Part shown: positions 9,378 through 21,527 of the stretch, piece after piece | Layout of the letters: each line of letters begins with the position of its first letter | Numbering within the stretch: position 1 is the stretch's first letter | Source: an uncultured Gemmatimonadaceae bacterium | GTDB taxonomy: Bacteria; Gemmatimonadota; Gemmatimonadetes; Gemmatimonadales; Gemmatimonadaceae | Reading direction: 5' to 3' | NCBI GenBank assembly: GCA_963740355.1 | Contig: CAVUDW010000002.1 | Span: forward strand, 896,001 to 960,000 | DNA: 64,000 nucleotides | Translations under genes and position numbers: made by a program | Notes under the pieces: model-generated | Database searches by the model: none | What the model was told of the DNA's origin: nothing | The model's input: only the letters and a program-made list of their open reading frames with translations

Positions 9378-11258
9378 TCACTCCGTGGTGTTCGGATCGT
9401 CGTAGAGCGCATCGATCACGCCCTTGTACTTCTCGTTGATCACGCGACGCTTCACCTTCAGCGACGGCGTGAGCTCGCCGCCGTCGATGGTGAACTCATG
9501 CTCGAGCAACGCGATCTTCTTCGGGGACTCGAACTTCGCCAGCCCGGTCATCTCGCTGCGCACCTCGCGGTCGAGCTTCTCGATCACCTGCGGATTGACC
9601 AGCATCGCCGCGCGGTTCGAGGTGTCGATCCCCTTGTGCGTGGCCCAGCGCTCGACCTGGTCCCACGACGGCACCACCAGCATCACCGGGAACTTGCGCT
9701 TGTCGCCGATCATCACGGCCTGGCTCACGAACGCGTTGGTGACCACGGTGTTCTCGATCGGCTGCGGTGCGATGTTCTTGCCGCCGGCCGTGACGATGAT
9801 GTCCTTCTTGCGATCGGTGATGCGAAGGAAACCGTCCTGCATCGCACCGATGTCACCGGTGTGAAACCAGCCATCGGCATCGATCGCTTCGCGGGTCGCT
9901 TCCGGGTTGCGATAGTACCCCTTCATCACACTTGGCCCGCGCGTCAGGATCTCGCCATCGGCGGCGATCGCGACTTCGACACCTGCGATCAGTTCACCCA
10001 CCGTGCCGACACGGATGTTGTTCAACCGGTTGACCGAGATCACGGGGCTCGTCTCCGTCAGGCCGTATCCCTCGACCAGTGTCAGGCCGGCCGCAACGAA
10101 GAACTTGTTGATGGTCGAGGCCAGCGGCGCACCGCCACTGCACGCAACACGCAGCCGCCCACCGAGTCGCGCCTTGATCTTGCTGAACACCAGCTTCTGC
10201 GCCACGGAGTACTTCCAGGCCAGCAACGCTCCCGGATCGCGCTTCGCGAGATACGCATCAGCCCACGCGTCGGCCACGCCCAGCGACCAGTGAAAGATCG
10301 ACTTCTTGAGGCCGGAGCCCGAGTTGCCCCCTTCCATGATCCGGGCATACAACTTCTCGTAAATCCGCGGCACTGAACTGAGGATCGTCGGCCGAACCTC
10401 GCCGAGATTGGCGGCCACCGCATCGATCGACTCGGCGTACGCAATGGTGCACCCGCCGGCAAACAGCATGTAATGACCCGCCATGCGCTCGAAGATGTGC
10501 GACAGGGGCAGGAAGCTCAGCGCCACGTCGTCGTCCTTCGGGTCGAGCACCTGCAGCGACGCGAACACATTGCTGTACAGGTTGTCGTGCGAAAGCATCA
10601 CACCTTTCGGCAGGCCCGTCGTGCCACTGGTGTAGATCAGCGTGGCCAGGTCATCGGGCTGTGTGCCGAGGGCCGCTGCCTTCCAGCTTGCGGCGCGTTC
10701 CGCGAAGTCCACCTTCGCACCCTGCGCGATGAAGTCACTCATCGTGATGTCGCAACCCACGGGCGCTGGCGTACAGAAGCTGATGACGGTCTTGAGCGCG
10801 GGCACATCCGGTCGAATGCGTGCGACCTTTGCCGCCTGATCAGGAGACGAGACGAACATCGCCACCGCGCCGCTGTCGTTCAGGATGTGCACCATCTGCT
10901 CGGCCGGCAGCGTGGGGTAGATCGGCACATCGGCGAGGCCAGCGGTGAGGCAGGCGTAGTCGGCGATCGCCCACTCTGGCCGATTCTCCGACAGGATTGC
11001 GACCCGATCTCCGCGAGACAGTCCCAGTTCCTGCAATGCCAGCGAGGTACGGCGCACGCGCTCCAGCATTTCGGCGTGCGAGATGTCGACCCAGGCGCCG
11101 CCTTGCTTGTGCCGCAGCGCCGCTGGCTTCGAAAACCTGGCCGTCGCGTCGAAGAAGAGCTTCGTCAGCGTGCCCGGTTCCGGGCGCGCGGGGCCGCGAT
11201 GCACCACGAGCGTGCCAGATGCTTCGCTGGTCTGCGGAGCGGTCGAGGAGACTGCCAT
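9378..11258 (-). CDS. Long-chain fatty-acid--CoA ligase (AMP-dependent synthetase)
   Basis: YTSGTTGLPKG, EGYGLTET, GWFHTGD, DRKKD, ELTPSLKVKR; GGAGG RBS before ATG 11258. Confidence 0.9.
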   Translation of the reverse strand: MAVSSTAPQTSEASGTLVVHRGPARPEPGTLTKLFFDATARFSKPAALRHKQGGAWVDISHAEMLERVRRTSLALQELGLSRGDRVAILSENRPEWAIADYACLTAGLADVPIYPTLPAEQMVHILNDSGAVAMFVSSPDQAAKVARIRPDVPALKTVISFCTPAPVGCDITMSDFIAQGAKVDFAERAASWKAAALGTQPDDLATLIYTSGTTGLPKGVMLSHDNLYSNVFASLQVLDPKDDDVALSFLPLSHIFERMAGHYMLFAGGCTIAYAESIDAVAANLGEVRPTILSSVPRIYEKLYARIMEGGNSGSGLKKSIFHWSLGVADAWADAYLAKRDPGALLAWKYSVAQKLVFSKIKARLGGRLRVACSGGAPLASTINKFFVAAGLTLVEGYGLTETSPVISVNRLNNIRVGTVGELIAGVEVAIAADGEILTRGPSVMKGYYRNPEATREAIDADGWFHTGDIGAMQDGFLRITDRKKDIIVTAGGKNIAPQPIENTVVTNAFVSQAVMIGDKRKFPVMLVVPSWDQVERWATHKGIDTSNRAAMLVNPQVIEKLDREVRSEMTGLAKFESPKKIALLEHEFTIDGGELTPSLKVKRRVINEKYKGVIDALYDDPNTTE

Positions 11259-11412
11259 ACGTCCTCCGGGCTGCAAGTCCGTCACATACGAGCTGGTTTG
11301 GCGAGCCCGTCCACTGATGTCAGGGCGCTGCCGAGCGGAGGCTAGGGCACTGCGCGGGGCCGCGCCAGCGGTGTGCTACCGTCGAACGCGCGCCGCTGAC
11401 ATCGAACACTGA

Positions 11413-12201
11413 CTACGGCGTGAGGCTGAACTGAACGAGGCGCACGGGGATCTGGAGCGGGCTGCCGGGGATAGGCGCACCGAAGGCGCTGTAGGTCGCC
11501 TCGACCACGATCGTCCCGGTCCCGGTGGCTCCCTGCTTCGGGTACGCCTTCACCCGCACGGCCGCGACGTTACTGGCAATGATCGCAGACGCGATGTTTC
11601 GGCCGCCGCTCGGTGAGATGAGTCGCACCGAGTCGAGAATGGTGGTCGAAAAACTCGCCACCCGGAACGCGACGCGCAGTCCGTTCAGCGGCACGGCGGC
11701 GCTATCGCCACCCTTGTGCAGGATGCTTGCCTTCACGTCGCTGAATCGTGTCGTCGAATCGGTGAAGTCGTACACGATCGAATCACGAATCGTGTCGCCT
11801 TTCACGAGGCTCGTCGGACGCGGGACGACAGCGAAGGTTTGCGTCTGGCTCTGGAGCGACCCGGCCTGCGCCACCACCCGGACGGCGGCGGCTTCGACCT
11901 TCCCGAGCAACTGCAGCCCGCCGATCACGCTGAATGCCTTCGTCGAAATCGTATCGATGCCGACCAGCTTGATCTGCGAATCGCTGACGGTGCTGCCGTT
12001 GCTGTTGAAGGCGCGGACGGCCACCCGCGCCGGCAGCAGGTCTCCACCGCGCATGGTGTCACCAACGACGATGGCCAGTGCAGGCAGCGAGTCGAATTGC
12101 AGCGACAGCGGCACCTGGGGGTCGGTGCTGACTTCGGTGCATCCCGCCACGGCTGCGACCAGCAGCAGCGCGGCAACCGTGCCACGCTGGGCACGCATCA
12201 C
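11413..12201 (-). CDS. Hypothetical lipoprotein
   Basis: Signal peptide with lipobox VAGC; beta-rich body; overlaps the ParA stop. Confidence 0.7.
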   Translation of the reverse strand: MMRAQRGTVAALLLVAAVAGCTEVSTDPQVPLSLQFDSLPALAIVVGDTMRGGDLLPARVAVRAFNSNGSTVSDSQIKLVGIDTISTKAFSVIGGLQLLGKVEAAAVRVVAQAGSLQSQTQTFAVVPRPTSLVKGDTIRDSIVYDFTDSTTRFSDVKASILHKGGDSAAVPLNGLRVAFRVASFSTTILDSVRLISPSGGRNIASAIIASNVAAVRVKAYPKQGATGTGTIVVEATYSAFGAPIPGSPLQIPVRLVQFSLTP

Positions 12202-12983
12202 GCGAAGTGCTCCGCCAGTCGAGCCGCCAGGTTCGTGTACGCGAGTGCGGCGGGGTCGGTGGGATTGCGGAGCACCACGGGCAGGCCGGCGGCGAAGGCG
12301 TCGGCAGCGGCGGGGGAGCGCGGGATGGCGATGTCGTACACGAGGGTCGGGGGCAGGTGCTGACGGATGTATTGTGCGGTGCGCTCGCTCGAGGCGTTGC
12401 CCGCCTGGTACATGGTCAACAATACCCCTTCCAGCGCCAATTGGTCGTTCGCCTGTAGCGCGTCCTGAATCCCGCGCAGAATCTGCGGCGTGGTCTGGAG
12501 CGCAAGCGGCTCACACTGCAGCGGAACGATGACATGCTGGCTCAGGCCGAGCACGGCGCGTACGATGCCGCCCAACCCTGGGGGGGTATCGACGACCACC
12601 ACATGGCAGCGCTCGCGCGCAACCCGAAGCAGCTGCGCCAACTGGGCGCTGTCGGTGGCGCGTCGGGTGTAATCCTCGTGCTCGGCGGCATCATTCACGC
12701 TGCCAACCAGCATGGCACGGAGCCACGGCAGCTGGGTCGGGAGGATGATGTCGCGGAGGGAGACCGTGCCGCGCAGAAAGTCGGCAAACCCGACTGTGGG
12801 ATGCCCTTTCCGCAGCCCAACGCCGTAGCGGACCGCGCCCTGGGGATCCACATCGACGATCAGCGTCTTCAGCCCGCGTCGTGCGAACGCGGCGGCCAGG
12901 TTCACCGCCGTTGTGGTCTTGCCAACTCCGCCCTTCTGACTGACGACCGCGAGCACGCGGCCGAGTGGTTGTTCAGACGTCAT
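12198..12983 (-). CDS. ParA/Soj-family ATPase (orphan)
   Basis: Deviant Walker A KGGVGKTT, DVDPQG, DTPP; no parB adjacent. Confidence 0.9.
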   Translation of the reverse strand: MTSEQPLGRVLAVVSQKGGVGKTTTAVNLAAAFARRGLKTLIVDVDPQGAVRYGVGLRKGHPTVGFADFLRGTVSLRDIILPTQLPWLRAMLVGSVNDAAEHEDYTRRATDSAQLAQLLRVARERCHVVVVDTPPGLGGIVRAVLGLSQHVIVPLQCEPLALQTTPQILRGIQDALQANDQLALEGVLLTMYQAGNASSERTAQYIRQHLPPTLVYDIAIPRSPAAADAFAAGLPVVLRNPTDPAALAYTNLAARLAEHFA

Positions 12984-13584
12984 TCCCGTGACGGAGTCCG
13001 TCGGTGCCGGTGGCCTTCAGGCCGGGTAGATCGCCCTGCGCAAAATCTGACTGCATCCCGCGCACGGCCGCATGTCGCACCGGAGTATCGACCGGTTCTC
13101 TGGCGACGGCGTCGTCGGCAGTCTCTGTCACTTCTGGTTCGCCCCGCAAGCTACGCAATGTGGCTCGAGCATGGCCGATCCATCGGGCGCCGTCTGTTCC
13201 TGATGGGCCCGCTACCAGGAAGGTCTCCAGATGCTGGATCGCGCCGTCCACGTCACCCTTCTTCGCCAGCAGGAACGCCACGCCGTAGTTGGCACCGGGG
13301 TGGGTCGGCGCCGACTCCAGAATCTTGCGATAGGCGCGGATCGCCTCGTCGTTGCGGCCCGACTTGGTGAAGACGATCGCCATGTTGAGCAGGATCTTCG
13401 GATCGTCCGGGCTCGTTCGCAGCGCAAGGCGATACGACGTCAACGCACCGTCGAGGTCGTTTGCCTTCTCCAGCGACAGCCCTTCTGCGACGAAATCGGG
13501 ACGACTCGCTCCCAGATCGCGTGCGGAAGGCTGCCCACCAAGCAGGCGCGACACGCCATCGGAGACACGGCGCAAGAAGGTCAT
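12973..13584 (-). CDS. Tetratricopeptide-repeat protein
   Basis: About three TPR-like helical repeats (ALTSYRLALRTSPDD, AIRAYRKILESAPTH); start taken at ATG 13584. Confidence 0.75.
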   Translation of the reverse strand: MTFLRRVSDGVSRLLGGQPSARDLGASRPDFVAEGLSLEKANDLDGALTSYRLALRTSPDDPKILLNMAIVFTKSGRNDEAIRAYRKILESAPTHPGANYGVAFLLAKKGDVDGAIQHLETFLVAGPSGTDGARWIGHARATLRSLRGEPEVTETADDAVAREPVDTPVRHAAVRGMQSDFAQGDLPGLKATGTDGLRHGNDV

Positions 13585-13799
13585 GGATCCAAGGCCAAGG
13601 GGAAAACGTCGCAAATCCGTGCATAGGCGCACCGACGCACGGACTCGTGATTCTGCACAAGCTACGTGCTGGGTACCACCTCCGGCAATGATGCATGCGC
13701 TGCAGCGCGAACCATTCCGAGCTACCTTCGCCAGGAGCACGAACGCGATCACTTCGATTGCGTCGCGGTTCAGGTCGCCCTGATCACGGAGAAATGGTG

Positions 13800-14330
13800 A
13801 TGCCCCCGCGCCGCACGTCGGTAGACCCGTCCAAGGGTGTGCTGGAAGTTGAATGGCAGCTCTTCGGTGAACTCTCGCGCGCCCTCGCACTCAAGGTCTC
13901 GCGGGAGTTCGATCCGGAACTGGTCATCGGCATCGCCAATGCTGGCGTGATCCCGGGAGCCACGATCGCGTCGATTCTGGATCGCCCGTTCGTATCGATG
14001 ACGGTCAGCCGTCGCTATCGCCCCGACGAGCAGGTGCGCGAGACGCCGGCAATTTTTGGTGAAGCGCCGGCGGCCGCACGGGGCAAGCGTGTCCTGCTGG
14101 TGGATGAGACGTGCGATTCCGGCGACACGATCCGGCTCGCCAAGGCCGCCATCATCAACCTCGGTGCGGAAGCGGTGAAGACGGCGGTCAGCTTCAAGAC
14201 CGGCCCCTTCGTGCCCGACTTCGCCGCCATCGCGACGGAGGCCGCCATCATCCTGCCGTGGGACAGAGAGCTGCTGATCAATGGTGAGTTGGTGCTGAAT
14301 CCGGCCTACGCCGCATACCGAAGCGCGTAG
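13800..14330 (+). CDS. Phosphoribosyltransferase (type I PRTase)
   Basis: PRPP-binding VLLVDETCDSGDT; GGAG RBS at 13788. Confidence 0.85.
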   Translation: MPPRRTSVDPSKGVLEVEWQLFGELSRALALKVSREFDPELVIGIANAGVIPGATIASILDRPFVSMTVSRRYRPDEQVRETPAIFGEAPAAARGKRVLLVDETCDSGDTIRLAKAAIINLGAEAVKTAVSFKTGPFVPDFAAIATEAAIILPWDRELLINGELVLNPAYAAYRSA

Positions 14331-14347
14331 CGTCGGCACACCTCTGA

Positions 14348-16433
<2,086 letters not shown>

Positions 16434-16544
16434 CTACCGATTGGTCAGCGCCACCGAAAACCGTGCTCCGCCAAGAGGGCACCGAATCGTCCCGGGTGGG
16501 TATCCTTGATAGGTGAACCTGACACTGAATCTGGGAGCGTGTGC

Positions 16545-16841
16545 ATGATCTACGAGGATGAAGAGACCATCGAAGACACCGCTGACGAAGTGCATTCGTC
16601 GCGTGAGGCTGGGACTGGAACCGTTGCCCTTGCCGTGCTGGCTGGTGCCGCGATCGGTGCCGCCGTCGCCCTGATGCTCGCGCCGCGTTCGGGACGTGAA
16701 ATGCGTCGAGTGATCCGCAAGCGCGCTGATGGACTGCGTGAGACTGCCGGCGACGTGCTCGACGACACCACGAACCAGCTGGCCCGGGAACTCCGTCGTC
16801 GCAGCCGCCAGGTTCGGCGCAAGCTCGATCGGATGGCCTGA
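16545..16841 (+). CDS. YtxH-domain protein
   Basis: GAAIGAAVALMLAPRSGREMR signature; GGAG RBS. Confidence 0.8.
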   Translation: MIYEDEETIEDTADEVHSSREAGTGTVALAVLAGAAIGAAVALMLAPRSGREMRRVIRKRADGLRETAGDVLDDTTNQLARELRRRSRQVRRKLDRMA

Positions 16842-16902
16842 CGGGTTGGCTCGCTCGGCAGGAGTCTTGCAGGGGTGAATGGGCAGGCAGTACGGCATGG
16901 CG

Positions 16903-16943
16903 CGACAACGGCGAGTCACCCTTGGGGTCACTCGCCGTTGTCG
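16903..16943. terminator. Long inverted repeat between convergent genes (bidirectional terminator candidate)
   Basis: CGACAACGGCGAGT...ACTCGCCGTTGTCG 14-bp stem plus inner ACCC/GGGT pair. Confidence 0.6.
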
Positions 16944-17002
16944 TATTCGTGGTGCTCGTGCTGTACCGTGCTGCTGCGGTGCGCGCTCTCGCGGTGCCGA
17001 AG

Positions 17003-17782
17003 CTACCTGAGCTTCGCGATCAACTGTTCGCAGCTCTGCTTGTAACGACGATCGTTGAATTCCACCGCTGGCATCCGGAGCGCAGCGTCACAGGTCTCGC
17101 GCGCCTTGGCCTTCGCGCCCGTGTCTGCGTAGATCAGTGCCAGATCGAGGCGATGCGTGATGCGGCCCGGGTCCGCGGCCACCGCGGCTTCCATGTAGCG
17201 CACGGCCTCGGCCCAACTGGCTTGGTCGAACACCTTCCCCCCAAGGAAATTCCGGGCGGCGAATCGGGAAAAGCTGTTCAGTCGCATCACCTCGGCATTC
17301 CACACGCCCAACACATGCAGCGCCCCGGCATGCCTGGCGTCGAGGCGCACTGCGGTCAGTGCCTCGCTGTGGATTTCCGCAGCGAAGCGCACCCGCTCCC
17401 GTGAGCCGAGCGTCATCGCGGTGCGGCCCAGCGCGACGGCCAGCATGAAGTGGCCGTCGGCACCGCTGCCGTTGGCGGTAACCGCGCGCCGCGCGTAGCC
17501 TTCGCCCTTCTTGTAGTAGTCAGCACGCTTGGTCGCGTCTGTCGAGGCTTCGCCGAGGTCCACCGACTCGCGCGCCGCACGCCAGAGCAGGTCGTAGCTG
17601 GTTGGTGCCCCGGTGAGCGCCGTCTCGTATCGACCAAGCGCACTGGTGGCGTTGAATGCAGCGCGATCACGATCGGCGAGTTCGATCACGGCGTTTGCGT
17701 CCTGCCCGCGTGACTGAGGCGCGAGGAGGAGGCTGGCGACCATGGCCGCAAGCAATCGTCGATGCAGGTGCACTGAAGACAT
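17003..17782 (-). CDS. Exported TPR-like helical-repeat protein
   Basis: Signal peptide followed by TPR-like repeats (ADGHFMLAVALGR, ALHVLGVW, HRLDLALIY). Confidence 0.7.
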   Translation of the reverse strand: MSSVHLHRRLLAAMVASLLLAPQSRGQDANAVIELADRDRAAFNATSALGRYETALTGAPTSYDLLWRAARESVDLGEASTDATKRADYYKKGEGYARRAVTANGSGADGHFMLAVALGRTAMTLGSRERVRFAAEIHSEALTAVRLDARHAGALHVLGVWNAEVMRLNSFSRFAARNFLGGKVFDQASWAEAVRYMEAAVAADPGRITHRLDLALIYADTGAKAKARETCDAALRMPAVEFNDRRYKQSCEQLIAKLR

Positions 17783-17865
17783 TTTCGCTCTATTCGAGGA
17801 CCAGCCGTGGCACAGAGATACAGACCTCCCTGCGATACACCGAGGCAGCATGGGTGGTTCGTCGC

Positions 17866-19191
17866 ATGATCCTGCGAGACCTGATCGCACGCAAGCGCGA
17901 CGATGGCCGCCTCTCTGCGGCTGATTGGCGCGACATCGCCGAGGCCGCAGCCACGGGATCGGTTCCCGACTACCAGCTTGCCGCGCTGCTGATGGCGATC
18001 TTCTGGCGTGGACTGGACGCCGCAGAGACGAGTGCGTTGACGACCGCCATGCTGGCCACCGGCAGTTCGCTCCAGCGGCCCGCTGGCGCACGACCGTGGA
18101 TCGACAAGCACTCCACTGGCGGGGTTGGCGACAAGACGTCGTTGATCCTCGCGCCGCTGCTGGCGGCGGTCGGTGTCACCGTGCCGATGATGTCGGGGCG
18201 TGGGCTGGGGCACACCGGTGGCACCCTCGACAAGCTGGAAAGCATTCCCAGCTTCCGCACCGACCTGTCGCTCGCGCGGGCGGCGGCGCAGTTGGAGGAG
18301 ATCGGTTGTGCGTTGATTGGGCAGACGGCGGAGATCGCGCCGGCCGATCGTCGTCTGTATGCGCTGCGCGACGCGACGGCCACGGTCGAGTGCATCCAGT
18401 TGATCGCGGCGAGCATCATGAGCAAGAAGCTGGCAGAGGGGCTCACGGGCCTCGTGCTGGACGTGAAGCGTGGCAGCGGTGCGTTTCTGCCCGAACTCGA
18501 TCGCGGCCTGCAACTGGCGCAGACGATGATCCGGCTCGGACAGGATGCCGGCGTCCCGGTCGTGACGCTCATCACGGCGATGGATCGCCCGCTCGGCGAC
18601 GCGTGCGGGAATGCGCTGGAAGTGCGCGAGTGTCTCGACACGTTGCGCGGTGGTGGGCCAGCTGATCTCTGGACCGTCACGGAAGCCCTCGCAATCGAGA
18701 TGCTCCGCCTCGCGCGGCCGGAGGTGTCGAGTGCCGAGGCGCGGCTCACACTGCGCGGCGCCATCACCAGTGGTGCCGCGCTGAACAAGTTCCGCGAGAT
18801 CGTGGCGGCGCAGGGCGGTGACGTGCGCGCGATCGACGACCCCGCTCGCTTGCCGCAGGCACCAGAAATCGGAGAGGTGTTGGCCGATCGCAGCGGCGTG
18901 GTGCATGAGCTGCCCCCCAGGCCGATCGGTCATGCGATCATCGCGCTTGGCGGCGGACGGACGACGCAGGAAGCGCGGGTGGACCCGTCCGTTGGGATCG
19001 TGTTTCAGGTTCGGGTCGGAGACGCGGTACGTGTGGGCCAGCCGATCGCCACGGTGCATGCGTCCACGCCCGCTGGCTTGGCGGAGGCGAGGGCGCGGCT
19101 CGTCGGGATCGTCTCCATCGGTGATGGACCGGCGGCGGCCCTGCCGTGGGTCAGCCACCGGGTCACGACGGCCGGTATCGAAGTGCTCTAG
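17866..19191 (+). CDS. pdp: Pyrimidine-nucleoside/thymidine phosphorylase
   Basis: DKHSTGGVGDK, SGRGLGHTGGTLDKLES, LYALRDAT, SIMSKK. Confidence 0.93.
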   Translation: MILRDLIARKRDDGRLSAADWRDIAEAAATGSVPDYQLAALLMAIFWRGLDAAETSALTTAMLATGSSLQRPAGARPWIDKHSTGGVGDKTSLILAPLLAAVGVTVPMMSGRGLGHTGGTLDKLESIPSFRTDLSLARAAAQLEEIGCALIGQTAEIAPADRRLYALRDATATVECIQLIAASIMSKKLAEGLTGLVLDVKRGSGAFLPELDRGLQLAQTMIRLGQDAGVPVVTLITAMDRPLGDACGNALEVRECLDTLRGGGPADLWTVTEALAIEMLRLARPEVSSAEARLTLRGAITSGAALNKFREIVAAQGGDVRAIDDPARLPQAPEIGEVLADRSGVVHELPPRPIGHAIIALGGGRTTQEARVDPSVGIVFQVRVGDAVRVGQPIATVHASTPAGLAEARARLVGIVSIGDGPAAALPWVSHRVTTAGIEVL

Positions 19192-19340
19192 CCTCGCGGG
19201 ATATCGCCCACGGCCGTCGGAAGATCTCGCCACCGGGCTCCGCCTCTGGTGTCGGCCCGTCAGTCCGGCGATCTTTCCAGTGCCCGGCGCGGGGCCACCC
19301 GTCACGTGCCGCAGTTCCGAACGCTCACACTGCCTCTCTC

Positions 19341-19574
19341 ATGCTCAAGCTTCAGGCCTTCGCGGCACTGGGTGTCGCCATTCTCGCTGCGGCCTTCTAT
19401 TTCGGCTGGTACTTCGCCGTCATGACGCCGGTGACACCGGAAACCGCTGGACTGGACATCGGCGCGTCGAACATTTCGCGACTCGCTGTCGGCGTGATCT
19501 TTGCCGCCATCATCGCGGTCGGCATTGCGTTCTTCCGTCAACTCTGGAACGGCGCCAAGAACGAAAAGCGGTAG
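19341..19574 (+). CDS. Small membrane protein with two transmembrane segments
   Basis: Two hydrophobic segments; abuts the M1 peptidase gene. Confidence 0.55.
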   Translation: MLKLQAFAALGVAILAAAFYFGWYFAVMTPVTPETAGLDIGASNISRLAVGVIFAAIIAVGIAFFRQLWNGAKNEKR

Positions 19575-21527
19575 TTGCCGTTGCACGCGCGCTGGCTGTT
19601 GGTTGCTGGCGCGTGTGTTGCCGTTTCGAGTGGCGCGGCACAACGCGCCCCCGCACTGACGGACGGCGAACGCGTCGTCCGTCGCGTCGACTCGCTCTGG
19701 TCCGCTGCTGCGAGCCGACAGACGCGCTCTGACAGTGGATTGCCTGGGCCCCGCTACTGGGTGCAGGGCGCGCGATACGAACTGCGCGCCACGCTCGACC
19801 CGGGCACGCGGACGCTGTTTGGCGAAGGGCTGCTGCGCTATCGCAACCGATCGCCAGACACCCTGCGAACGTTGGCGCTGAGCCTCGCGCAGAATCTCTT
19901 TCGCGCCGGTGCACCTCATGACGAGGCGGTACCCGTCACTGGTGGGATCATCCTCGAGCGGTTCTGCGTCGCGCGTGAGTCGCGCGCACCAGGCGGACGG
20001 TTGTGTGGCGGCGAGAGCACGAGCGCCGTGTCACCGGCGCTCCGAGTCGACAACACCATCGCATGGCTGACGTTGCCAGTGCCCCTGGCCCCTGGTGATT
20101 CCGTCGATGTGCGCGCCAACTGGCGTTTCGTGATTCCGCCGCGCGATGCGCCGCGGATGGGGACGGATGGCAGTGTCACGATGGTCGGATACTGGTATCC
20201 CCAATTCTGCGTCTACGACGACGTGGCCGGGTGGGAGACGGATCCCTACCTCGCCACCGGCGAGTTCTACATGGATCACGCCGACTACGATGTGCAGGTC
20301 ACCGTGCCGGGTGGGTTCCTCGTCGCGGCGACCGGCGTGCTGCAGAACCCGGCCGAGGTATTGTCGCCGTCCGCCCGCGAGCGACTGCAGCATGCGGCGC
20401 GCAGTTTCGCCGCCGTCACCATCGTCAATGACAGCCTGCGTCGCGCGCACGCTGCGACGACACCGGGCACCGTCGCGACCTGGCATTTCGTGGCCAATGA
20501 CGTGCGGGATTTTGCCTTCTACACCTCGCGTGAGGTCGTGTGGGATGCGATGGCGGCCGTCGTGCCGCGCGCCGGTGCACCGGCCGTGTCCGACACCATC
20601 CTGGTGCACGCGTTCTATCGACCGCGCGAAGCGAGTTGGCGGCGCGCCGCAGACTACGGGCGCCAGAGTGTCGAGGCCTTCTCGCATCTGCTCTGGCCCT
20701 ATCCGTGGCCCCAGCTGACGCTGGTGGAGGGCATCGTGGATGGCGGCATGGAGTACCCGATGCTGACGGTGGTGTCGGTGGGCAGCGACGGTCGCGAATT
20801 GCTGTCGACGATAGCCCATGAAACCGGACATATGTGGTACCCGATGCAGGTCGGCAGTGACGAGCGCCGATTTGCATGGATGGATGAAGGCATCGCAAGC
20901 TGGCTGGAACGTGTGCTGCTGCGCGCCAGCTCTGGTCATGATGACGATGAGGAGGCGGTGCCCGATCTCTATCGCACCGTGACGGGCATGCGCGCCGAAC
21001 AACCGATGCTCACGCACGCGGATCACTACAACGGAGCGCTCACCTATACCGCCGCGAGCTACGACAAGCTGGTGGTGGTTTTCCGGGCGTTCAGTGCCGA
21101 GTATGGTGATTCAGCGCTGGTGCAGGGGCTGCGGGCGTACGGTGCCGCATGGACCGGGCGACATCCGTATCCACCGGACTTCTTCCGGATGGTGTTCGCG
21201 CGCGCTGGCGCGGATCGCGATGTATTCGTGCGCGAATGGATGCGGGGGACGGGACACTTCGATGCGCGCATCGACGATGTGGTGCGCCTGCGTGACACGC
21301 TCACCGTGACGATCCGATCGAGTGGCGGTGCACATCTTTCGGTGCCCGTGGTGGTGAGTCGTGATGGTGAGGCGAGTGAACGGGTCGTCATTCCGGCCGC
21401 CGACTTTCGCAGGGATTCGGTGCAGGTGGTCCGGATTGCAGGAGCGCGGTCGGTCCGATCCATCGTGCTCGATCCTGATCACACGAGGCCCGATGTGAAT
21501 ACCGCCAACCAACGCTGGGCACCATGA
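19575..21527 (+). CDS. M1-family metallopeptidase, exported
   Basis: GGMEYP and HETGH...WMDEG zinc motifs; signal peptide. Confidence 0.88.
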   Translation: MPLHARWLLVAGACVAVSSGAAQRAPALTDGERVVRRVDSLWSAAASRQTRSDSGLPGPRYWVQGARYELRATLDPGTRTLFGEGLLRYRNRSPDTLRTLALSLAQNLFRAGAPHDEAVPVTGGIILERFCVARESRAPGGRLCGGESTSAVSPALRVDNTIAWLTLPVPLAPGDSVDVRANWRFVIPPRDAPRMGTDGSVTMVGYWYPQFCVYDDVAGWETDPYLATGEFYMDHADYDVQVTVPGGFLVAATGVLQNPAEVLSPSARERLQHAARSFAAVTIVNDSLRRAHAATTPGTVATWHFVANDVRDFAFYTSREVVWDAMAAVVPRAGAPAVSDTILVHAFYRPREASWRRAADYGRQSVEAFSHLLWPYPWPQLTLVEGIVDGGMEYPMLTVVSVGSDGRELLSTIAHETGHMWYPMQVGSDERRFAWMDEGIASWLERVLLRASSGHDDDEEAVPDLYRTVTGMRAEQPMLTHADHYNGALTYTAASYDKLVVVFRAFSAEYGDSALVQGLRAYGAAWTGRHPYPPDFFRMVFARAGADRDVFVREWMRGTGHFDARIDDVVRLRDTLTVTIRSSGGAHLSVPVVVSRDGEASERVVIPAADFRRDSVQVVRIAGARSVRSIVLDPDHTRPDVNTANQRWAP

